Of a stretch of 64,000 bases of DNA, positions 57,030 to 64,000 are shown piece after piece. Each line of letters starts with the position of its first letter. The stretch's first letter is position 1. The notes below the pieces were generated by a model. The model did not search any database and was not told the origin of the DNA. It saw only the letters and a program-made list of their open reading frames with translations. Where the stretch lies: the NCBI GenBank assembly GCA_006226345.1, contig SBHD01000176.1, forward strand, positions 5,036 to 69,035, given 5' to 3'. A program made the position numbers and the translations under genes. This DNA comes from Bacteroidota bacterium (GTDB lineage: Bacteria; Bacteroidota; Bacteroidia; Chitinophagales; Saprospiraceae).

Positions 57030-57062
57030 TTACAGAATAGCCACGATTACCCGGAACTGCTG

Positions 57063-57070
57063 TACTTTTG
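57063..57070 (+). promoter_or_regulatory. Bacteroidota -7 promoter box TACTTTTG
   Basis: TAnnTTTG match 18 nt upstream of the TTG start of the acyl-CoA reductase-like gene. Confidence 0.4.
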
Positions 57071-57087
57071 CGGCAAAATTTCAGATT

Positions 57088-58128
57088 TTGACCTTAAACG
57101 AACGTATCGAATTGCTTTCGGAACTCGGCGTGTACCTTTTGGCCGAACCGGATGAAGCCTTGCAGCAGGTAATCCAACGCTCCTATATGGAAAACCGGTG
57201 GTTTACTCCGGATAATACCAGGCAAGCTCTCCAGTCTATAGCCAGGGCGTTCCTGGATCCGGAGAAATTACGGGCCTGGACATCCCGGTATTCCTTGCCG
57301 GATAAACCCCATCCGGAGCGAACTATTGGCCTGGTTATGGCGGGCAATATTCCCCTGGTGGGATTTCACGATTGGTTGTGTGTGTTCATCGCCGGCGAAC
57401 GCGCCCGCGTCAAATTGTCCGAAAAGGATAAGCATCTGCTCCCATTCCTGGTAAAATTTATCGGTGACCGGGCTTTTGAAGCCTGGGAGTACACCGAGTT
57501 TTTAGATAACGATGACAAGTTGAGTGGGTTTGATGCGGTGGTGGCAACCGGGAGTAACAATACCGCCCGCTATTTCGAACAGTATTTCAGCCGGTATCCG
57601 CACATCATCCGGCGGAACCGGAACAGTGTGGCAGCGCTGTCAGGCTCGGAGTCCATCGCCGATCTTTATGCCTTAGGCAGCGATATATTCGCCTATTTTG
57701 GATTGGGCTGCCGTAACGTGAGCAAACTTTATGTACCCGAAGGGTATGATTTTGAGCCTCTGTTGGAAGCTTTACACGAATTCCGGGACCTGGCTAATCA
57801 TGATAAGTACAAAAACAACTTCGATTACAACCTCACGTTGTTCATCCTGAACAATACGCCATATCTGAACAACGGGTGCCTTATCTTGCGGGAAGACGCC
57901 TCCTTGCAGGCCCGGATCGCATCCGCACATTATGAGTTCTATTCAGATGCAACCTCCCTGTACCGGGAATTAGACCAGCGTCGCCCGGAGATTCAATGTG
58001 TGGTGAGTAACACCGACCTTCCGGGCTGGACTATTGTGCCGTTTGGAGCAACACAGGAGCCTTCGTTGTCGGATTATCCGGACGGAGCAGACGTGTTGGA
58101 ATTTTTAACCAAACTTAATGTCGGCTGA
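57088..58128 (+). CDS. LuxC-like acyl-CoA reductase family protein
   Basis: 346 aa. Pattern GLVMAGNIPLVGFHD...VATGSNNTARYFEQYF...GLGCRNVSKLYVP resembles PF05893-type acyl-CoA reductases. TTG start as in the ORF track. Confidence 0.6.
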   Translation: MTLNERIELLSELGVYLLAEPDEALQQVIQRSYMENRWFTPDNTRQALQSIARAFLDPEKLRAWTSRYSLPDKPHPERTIGLVMAGNIPLVGFHDWLCVFIAGERARVKLSEKDKHLLPFLVKFIGDRAFEAWEYTEFLDNDDKLSGFDAVVATGSNNTARYFEQYFSRYPHIIRRNRNSVAALSGSESIADLYALGSDIFAYFGLGCRNVSKLYVPEGYDFEPLLEALHEFRDLANHDKYKNNFDYNLTLFILNNTPYLNNGCLILREDASLQARIASAHYEFYSDATSLYRELDQRRPEIQCVVSNTDLPGWTIVPFGATQEPSLSDYPDGADVLEFLTKLNVG

Positions 58129-58131
58129 GTT

Positions 58132-58830
58132 ATGCGTATTGATATTATATCCGTGCTCCCGGAGTTGCTGGAAAGTCCGTTTAGCCATTCCATCCTGAAG
58201 CGGGCGCAGCAAAAAGGTTTGTTGGAGGTGCATCTGCATGCATTACGCAATTTTGCCTCCGGAAAGCATAAACAGGTAGACGACTATCCATTTGGCGGAG
58301 GGGCGGGCATGGTTATGAAAGTGGAGCCTATTGCTGCCTGCTTTGAACACCTGCAGGAAGAGCGGGACTATGACGAGGTCATTTATACGTCCCCGGATGG
58401 CCAGTTGCTGGATCAGGCACTGTGCAATGAGCTTTCCATGAAGCAAAATATTCTGATCCTTTGCGGGCATTACAAGGGGGTGGATGAGCGGATCCGGGAG
58501 AAATATATTACGCGGGAGGTTAGTATCGGGGATTATGTGTTGTCGGGCGGCGAATTGGCGGCAGCAGTGATCGTGGATGCCGTAGGGCGGCTCATCCCTG
58601 GTGTTTTGAACGATGAGACCTCGGCACTATTTGACTCCTTCCAGGACAGCCTTTTGGCGCCTCCTGTATATACAAGGCCGGCAGAATGGCGCGGCATGCA
58701 GGTGCCGGATGTTTTACTTTCCGGGCACGAAAAAAAGATTGAAGAGTGGCGGCATGACCAAAGTGTGCAGCGCACCAAGGATCGCCGTCCGGATCTTTAC
58801 AACAAGTGGGTGGGGGAAGAAGGGGAGTAG
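58132..58830 (+). CDS. trmD: tRNA (guanine37-N1)-methyltransferase
   Basis: [37 protein letters not shown] and [14 protein letters not shown]. Confidence 0.92.
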   Translation: MRIDIISVLPELLESPFSHSILKRAQQKGLLEVHLHALRNFASGKHKQVDDYPFGGGAGMVMKVEPIAACFEHLQEERDYDEVIYTSPDGQLLDQALCNELSMKQNILILCGHYKGVDERIREKYITREVSIGDYVLSGGELAAAVIVDAVGRLIPGVLNDETSALFDSFQDSLLAPPVYTRPAEWRGMQVPDVLLSGHEKKIEEWRHDQSVQRTKDRRPDLYNKWVGEEGE

Positions 58831-58954
58831 CATTTCAAACAATTTTGGTTTTAAACCTGCATTTGTCAAAAATAAAAACACAAAATGTTTTTAAATAGCC
58901 CGTTTTGTTGTATTATTGCAGGCAGAACTGGTTTACCTTTTACGAACGAATGCA

Positions 58955-59908
58955 ATGAACCGTTGTCCGAATTGCGCCGCCGAATTGATCCCGGGCGCCA
59001 AATTTTGCCATCGCTGCGGTGACCGGGTAGTGGAAAAGACCAAGCAGTGTCCTGCCTGCCATGAAGCCAATCCACTGGCTTCCGTTTTTTGTCATCATTG
59101 CGGACACCATTTTGACCATCGCCGGCAGACCCCGCCGGCCTTCGAGCCCCGGTACCACCTCGATTTCGATCCGGATCTGCTGACTGAGCAGATCAAATCC
59201 TTGTTTTTCAGGAGCCTGCGGGGCAGGGTAGAGGAAGAATATGATCCGGATCTGTACAGTGCATATGTAGAGCGTTTCTACCAGTCCAAGTTTCGGGAAG
59301 TCTATGCGGTGCGGTCTGGCCAGATCGCACAGGATGTGCTTTCACGGTGGGAACGCTTTGGCACGGAAGGGCTTCCGGATATCGACCGGTATATTGAGCG
59401 AAGCTTTGACGGCCTGCTGGACTATTTCACTATACAGTTTTGCCCCGACCTTAGCCAGGTGCTGCTGCCCAGCGCCATTTTGAAATATGAACATGCCACT
59501 CCCGCCAAGACGGATCTCTGGCAGATGATCCAGGATTATCTGGACTTTGAACACGAAGATGAAACACTGTATTTCAACTTCATTTCCATGCCGGGTGAAT
59601 TGATCAGCAATGCCTGCAAAAACTACCTGACGGCACAAGGGAAAGAAAAGGTCTATTTTATCTGTGACCTGTCCATTAAGGGAACCTGTAAAGAAGGGTT
59701 CGCCATGACGGACAAAGGTCTTTACTGGCGGGCGCCTTTCAGTAAAGGACGCTGCGTATTATACGCGGACCTTCGGACGTTGGAGAAAGGAAAAGACTGG
59801 CTAACCATAAATGGCCATTTCTTTACCACCAATCCTTCGCTTAACCTGAAACTATACAAGCTGTTAAAAAAACTGCGCAGTTGGGAAACGCATGCAATCC
59901 CGACATGA
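58955..59908 (+). CDS. double zinc-ribbon protein with uncharacterised C-terminal domain
   Basis: CPNC-x10-CHRC and CPAC-x11-CHHC in the first 50 aa. The remaining ~265 aa have no recognised motif. Confidence 0.65.
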   Translation: MNRCPNCAAELIPGAKFCHRCGDRVVEKTKQCPACHEANPLASVFCHHCGHHFDHRRQTPPAFEPRYHLDFDPDLLTEQIKSLFFRSLRGRVEEEYDPDLYSAYVERFYQSKFREVYAVRSGQIAQDVLSRWERFGTEGLPDIDRYIERSFDGLLDYFTIQFCPDLSQVLLPSAILKYEHATPAKTDLWQMIQDYLDFEHEDETLYFNFISMPGELISNACKNYLTAQGKEKVYFICDLSIKGTCKEGFAMTDKGLYWRAPFSKGRCVLYADLRTLEKGKDWLTINGHFFTTNPSLNLKLYKLLKKLRSWETHAIPT

Positions 59909-59976
59909 GTCAATACAAGTACCTTTTCTGAAAAAAAACCAAGATAAAATGCTTGCCCGTATGCAATTGATAACCG

Positions 59977-59984
59977 TATCTTTG
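59977..59984 (+). promoter_or_regulatory. Bacteroidota -7 promoter box TATCTTTG upstream of tRNA-His
   Basis: TAnnTTTG match ending 18 nt before the tRNA 5' end, with a TTG about 23 nt further upstream. Confidence 0.5.
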
Positions 59985-60002
59985 CGGCGCTTAAGTGCAA
60001 AC

Positions 60003-60077
60003 GGAGGATGTAGCTCAGTTGGTTAGAGCGCTAGTTTGTGGCACTAGAGGTCGGGGGTTCGACCCCCCTCATTCTCC
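60003..60077 (+). tRNA. tRNA-His (anticodon GTG) with genomically encoded G-1
   Basis: Manual cloverleaf: G-1, acceptor GAGGATG/CATTCTC, D-arm GCTC..GAGC, anticodon stem CTAGT/ACTAG with loop TTGTGGC, T-arm GGGGG-TTCGACC-CCCCT, and C73 pairing with G-1. CCA is not fully encoded. Confidence 0.9.
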
Positions 60078-60085
60078 CATCAAAA

Positions 60086-60125
60086 ACGGGCGCGGTGTTT
60101 GACACCTGCGCCCGTTTCTTGTTTT
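60086..60125 (+). terminator. rho-independent terminator after tRNA-His
   Basis: Stem ACGGGCGCGGTGT / ACACCTGCGCCCGT with one bulge, followed by TTTCTTGTTTT. Confidence 0.8.
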
Positions 60126-60160
60126 AGCCTGAAAACAGCTTTATTGGAGCGGGTTGTCTC

Positions 60161-60640
60161 CTAGTTTTTAGGGTTGACCATCCCTTTCAACAATACTTTG
60201 GTTTCATTTGGATGTGTATTGGCAGTAATAGTGATCCACTTATTCTGCTCATGCATTTTGGCCGTAGTGTTGAATTTGGCATTGATCTCTCCAACACCAC
60301 CGGGCGGAATCGGCTCATCGGACCATTCGGGAACCGTACAACCACAGGAAGAGCGGGCGTTCAGGATCGTAAGAGGCACTTTCCCGGTGTTTTTGAACTT
60401 AAACGTGTGTTCGACAACGTCTCCCTCGTCCACTGTGCCAAAGTCAAATTCCGGTTCGAAATAACTGATCCGGGCCAGTTGGTTGGTATCGAGTGGTAAT
60501 TCAGCTGATACCGGATTGCGGACCATTTTACTGACCTCGCCCTCTCCGGAACGGATCTCCCGAACGGCGTCACCACTATCATTTTGACAGGCAAAAAGCC
60601 CCAAAAGCAACAATACAGTTAAAAATAGCGTATTTTTCAT
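60161..60640 (-). CDS. DUF1573 domain lipoprotein
   Basis: Start trimmed to MKNTLFLTVLLLLGLFAC. Hallmark F.F.N.G..PL.I....SSCGCT.P.W. Confidence 0.8.
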   Translation of the reverse strand: MKNTLFLTVLLLLGLFACQNDSGDAVREIRSGEGEVSKMVRNPVSAELPLDTNQLARISYFEPEFDFGTVDEGDVVEHTFKFKNTGKVPLTILNARSSCGCTVPEWSDEPIPPGGVGEINAKFNTTAKMHEQNKWITITANTHPNETKVLLKGMVNPKN

Positions 60641-60716
60641 CCTTAATTGATTGGTTATTGAATGCAGGGGGCAAAGTTGGGGTTTCCTGTCCAGAACTGC
60701 AGAAAAATTAACACCT

Positions 60717-61238
60717 GTGCAACAAACATGTTTTCTGATCGGGCCAATGGCCAGTGGTAAGTCGTATTGGGGAAACAGGCTGTCCAAACGGACCGGACTG
60801 CCTTTTGTCGATTTGGATAACGTTATCGAAACCGTGGATGCAAGGCCGGTCCCGTTGATATTTGAGGACAGCGGCGAAACCTATTTCCGTGAATTAGAAC
60901 GAAAAACCCTTCAAAACCTGGATATGCGCATTCCCCATATTGTTGCCACGGGCGGCGGAACACCTTGTTTCTTTGACAATATGGCGTGGATGAACAAAAC
61001 CGGCACGACTATTTACCTGGAAACACCGGTGGACGTGTTATTAGCCCGGTTAAGGCTGGATGTCCAGATCCGGCCCCTTTTGCAGGGTGTATCGGAGCAT
61101 GATCTCGAAACCTTCCTGGTGCAACATATCGAACAACGCGAACCCTGGTATTCGCAGGCACAGGTCATTTTGCCCTATACGCCAGATGAGGAGTCCTTCC
61201 TGGATACATTGGTAAACTGTACGCTGCCTAACGTTTGA
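60717..61238 (+). CDS. aroK: shikimate kinase
   Basis: P-loop LIGPMASGKS, and DLD...GETYFRELE...ATGGG. There is no in-frame ATG upstream of the P-loop, so a GTG start at 60717 is proposed and remains uncertain. Confidence 0.8.
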   Translation: MQQTCFLIGPMASGKSYWGNRLSKRTGLPFVDLDNVIETVDARPVPLIFEDSGETYFRELERKTLQNLDMRIPHIVATGGGTPCFFDNMAWMNKTGTTIYLETPVDVLLARLRLDVQIRPLLQGVSEHDLETFLVQHIEQREPWYSQAQVILPYTPDEESFLDTLVNCTLPNV

Positions 61239-61245
61239 AATAAGT

Positions 61246-63150
61246 CTATTCGGGAATGCGCAACAGACCATCCTCTGCCTCCAAGACCCTGCCTTCATCC
61301 AGTAAGTACCCCAGTACACGGGCGACCTGATCCTGTCGTCGTGCAGCGAACGCCTTCATTACCTCTTCTGCAGGCAGGGCTTCCATCTTGAGGAGGTTCA
61401 GTATCTTCCGTTCGAGCGTTGCAAAAAGGTCTGCGGGCACATCTGACTCATTTCTTCCGGTACAGACATCACAGATGCCACAATTTTCGGTCTTGTTTTC
61501 GCCAAAATAAGCCAGCAGTTGCACGCTCCGGCACCGTCGGGTTTCTGCATACTGTATGGCCTGTTCGACCCGTTCGGCTGCCCGTTCTTTCCGAAAGTTG
61601 AACTGCTCCAGGTCCAGCGTCAGGTTTTCTGGCGCTACCCGTTCTTTGGTAAAAGTTATGAAAGGTTTGTCCCGGGCCGGATGGTATTCCAGGATGCTTT
61701 CCCGGCTGGCGGATTCCAGCGTCTGCTCTACCTGCCCGGCCGTAAACCCGGCATAATTGGCAAGCGTACCAATGCTGATCTCCGTCAGGCCTTTGTGCAG
61801 CCCCGGATAGGCCCGTAACAATACTTTGGTGAGGATATCGGCTTGTTTATTGCGGATCTGATAGTCGTACAGTGCTTCCCTGGAGGCAGTGATCTGAATT
61901 CGCGGCATCGTGCCGGCAGTATCTGAAAGCGTAATCCAGCCTTCTTGTTGCAGGAGCCGAAGGGCGGCATGTGCCTGCCCCTGATTTAATTGATAGGTTT
62001 GGCAGAAATGCGGAAAGTCAAACACAAAACTCTCCCCCAAGCCGCCGCCCACCGCCAGCTGCGCCAGGCTGCCCAATGCCTGATATGTACGCCGTACAAA
62101 TTTGATATCCGGATAGGCAGTTGTCAGTTGATGCCGCAACTGGTCGGCATCCAACGGGGTGTACAGCAAAACAGCGTATGATTTTTTGCCGTCTCTTCCG
62201 GCACGACCCGCTTCCTGGAAATAAGCCTCCAGACTATCCGGCAAACTCAGGTGGACCACGAGCCGCACGTCGGGCTTGTCTATTCCCATACCGAAGGCAT
62301 TGGTGCAGGCCATGACCCGGGTTTGTCCGGTCATCCAGTTTTCCTGTTTTTTGGTACGTTCTTCCATTGTCAGCCCGGCATGATAAAAATCGGCGCTGAT
62401 CTTCCGTTGCCGGAGGAAACGGGCGATCTCCCTGGTTTCGCCGCGGCTGCGCAGGTAGATCAAACCGCTTCCCGGAACATTATTCAGTATGTCGAGCAGT
62501 TTTTCCCGCTTCTTTTGTTCATAGAGTACCGAGTACGACAGATTGGGACGTTCAAAACTTTGCTGCAAGACATGGTGTTCCCGGAATCCAAGCTTATCCT
62601 GAATATCCTTTACCACAGGTCTAGTAGCAGTAGCCGTCAGTGCCAGTACCGGCACGCCGGGGAGGTGGGTGCGAAAGTCAGCGATTTGGAGATATGGCGG
62701 ACGGAAATCATATCCCCACTGGCTGACACAATGCGCCTCATCGACAGCCAAAAGGTTGACCTGCATCCGGCGGATGCGTTCCCGTGCCAGATCGGTCTGC
62801 AAGCGCTCCGGACTGAGGTACAATAGTTTGTATGCGCCATTGCAGGCGTTTTCAAAAATGATGTCAAGTTCCCGCCGGCTCATACCCGCGTACACCGCAG
62901 CGGCCGGGATGCCACGCGCTTTTAACTGGCTCACCTGATCTTTCATCAAGGCGATCAGGGGCGATATGACCAGGCATATGCCTTCCTGGCAAAGTGCAGG
63001 AATCTGATAACAGATGGATTTTCCGCCACCGGTGGGCAACAGGGCAAGGGTGTCCTGCCGGTCCAAAGCCGCGCGGATGATCGCTTCCTGTTGAGGGCGG
63101 AAAGATGAATAGCCCCAGTATTGTTTTAATATGTGGAGCGGGTCACTCAA
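61246..63150 (-). CDS. recQ: ATP-dependent DNA helicase RecQ
   Basis: FRPQQEAII, TGGGKS, DEAHCVSQWGYDFRP, a Zn-binding Cys cluster (CRSVQLL...CGICDVC) and a C-terminal HRDC-like tail. Confidence 0.92.
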   Translation of the reverse strand: MSDPLHILKQYWGYSSFRPQQEAIIRAALDRQDTLALLPTGGGKSICYQIPALCQEGICLVISPLIALMKDQVSQLKARGIPAAAVYAGMSRRELDIIFENACNGAYKLLYLSPERLQTDLARERIRRMQVNLLAVDEAHCVSQWGYDFRPPYLQIADFRTHLPGVPVLALTATATRPVVKDIQDKLGFREHHVLQQSFERPNLSYSVLYEQKKREKLLDILNNVPGSGLIYLRSRGETREIARFLRQRKISADFYHAGLTMEERTKKQENWMTGQTRVMACTNAFGMGIDKPDVRLVVHLSLPDSLEAYFQEAGRAGRDGKKSYAVLLYTPLDADQLRHQLTTAYPDIKFVRRTYQALGSLAQLAVGGGLGESFVFDFPHFCQTYQLNQGQAHAALRLLQQEGWITLSDTAGTMPRIQITASREALYDYQIRNKQADILTKVLLRAYPGLHKGLTEISIGTLANYAGFTAGQVEQTLESASRESILEYHPARDKPFITFTKERVAPENLTLDLEQFNFRKERAAERVEQAIQYAETRRCRSVQLLAYFGENKTENCGICDVCTGRNESDVPADLFATLERKILNLLKMEALPAEEVMKAFAARRQDQVARVLGYLLDEGRVLEAEDGLLRIPE

Positions 63151-63314
63151 GGTTTTAAAGTTGTACGGACAAAATTACGTCTAATTAAAGGTACGGTAGC
63201 TATCCACAAAATGCATTATGCCATTAAGTCCTTATCTTGCCAGAGCATCTGAACAATCGTACTATTCCGTATTTTCTGTCTGGAAACCGGCCTTAAGACC
63301 AAACTGAATGAAGC

Positions 63315-64000
63315 ATGAAAAAGCTCGGCCTGTTTGACAATTTGTTTCTGCACGTCGATAGGCGGCATGTAACCGCCTTCAATGCCCAGCTCCGGATTGA
63401 TAACCTGAAAAGAGTCTACCTGCTTTCGCTGATCGGCATTCTTTTCTTCGTTCTCCTGATGGGGCTCGATCTGATCCGCTTTTTGAACGGCGTGTTTGAA
63501 ACCAACCCGCTGGCCTTTCCGCTTTTCATCAACCATCTTGCACTGGCCCCCTTCGTTATTCCATTGCTGCTTATTTCCAGGAAACGGGAGGAGATACTCT
63601 CGGGTCGCTTTAAATATGAGCGGCTGGTGATCTATTCGGCTGTAGTATATAGCGGATTGTGCCTGCTCACTATGGCCATACTTAGCCTGTTGGACCGCAA
63701 TTCCATCCTGCTATACGGGATATTTGCCATTGTCACCAATTTTATCGTGATCTTTCCCCACAAGCAAAGGATTGCTTTTAACCTGACCAGTTTCCTGATT
63801 ATTGTGGCCGCGATCGTCCTGATCGATGTGTTTACCGACCGTAGCCTGGTGATCATGTATATCAATATTCTGGAGTGTATAGGTGCTACAATCCCGGCTT
63901 TTTCCATTTCCACTCACTTGTACAATGACCGGGTTAATCGATATACCTACGAATTATTGCTGGAGGGGAAAAACAGGGAAATCGAACAGAAAAACGAAGA
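63315..64000 (+). CDS. partial CDS (N-terminus, runs off right edge): multi-TM sensor-like membrane protein
   Basis: Not in the ORF track because there is no stop in the window. Manual translation gives MKKLGLFDNLFLHVDRRHVTAFNAQLRIDNLKRVYLLSLIGILFFVLLMGLDLIRF... About 5-6 hydrophobic helices are followed by ELLLEGKNREIEQKNE, a coiled-coil start typical of signalling proteins. Confidence 0.6.
   Translation, partial: MKKLGLFDNLFLHVDRRHVTAFNAQLRIDNLKRVYLLSLIGILFFVLLMGLDLIRFLNGVFETNPLAFPLFINHLALAPFVIPLLLISRKREEILSGRFKYERLVIYSAVVYSGLCLLTMAILSLLDRNSILLYGIFAIVTNFIVIFPHKQRIAFNLTSFLIIVAAIVLIDVFTDRSLVIMYINILECIGATIPAFSISTHLYNDRVNRYTYELLLEGKNREIEQKNE

Noticed and set aside
60003-60077. Encoded G-1 on tRNA-His as an unusual feature
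   Set aside because: A genomically encoded G-1:C73 pair is the normal bacterial arrangement for tRNA-His and is not novel.

Overview
The window looks like a Bacteroidota chromosome segment. Supporting signs are TAnnTTTG -7-type promoter boxes, DUF1573, bshC, lipoprotein-rich ORFs and many ~800-aa FtsX permeases. Most of 30-64 kb is housekeeping: folD, rpe, an LptF/G-family permease, miaA, bshC, ettA, kdsB, ribH, trmD, tRNA-His, aroK and recQ, interspersed with hypothetical membrane proteins and lipoproteins. The unusual part is 5.8-29.9 kb. It holds a minus-strand operon encoding a HlyD adaptor, one MacB-type ATPase, four ~800-aa double-FtsX permease paralogs, a TolB-like beta-propeller and a fifth permease. 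This operon is divergently paired with an NtrC-type sigma-54 response regulator and a histidine kinase that has no periplasmic sensor domain. The divergent region carries a -24/-12-like element (TGGCAT-N5-TTGAA) and two copies of a GTGTYC-N6-GAACAC palindrome. Almost the same promoter plus palindrome signature recurs about 19 kb away, upstream of a second, decayed locus made of a truncated permease, a GNAT and a paralogous ATPase, which suggests a small regulon. Other points: (1) a 38-codon ORF absent from the ORF track overlaps the stop of an OFA-family MFS transporter; (2) a REC-cNMP-HTH regulator sits divergent from a CBS gene and a CxxC-less thioredoxin-fold/tandem-USP fusion; (3) an intrinsic terminator oriented for the plus strand lies in a 351-bp non-coding gap with no plus-strand gene; (4) partial CDSs run off both window edges. 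No CRISPR array, transposase, integrase or rRNA was seen. All functional calls rest on motif recognition by eye, because no database search was possible.
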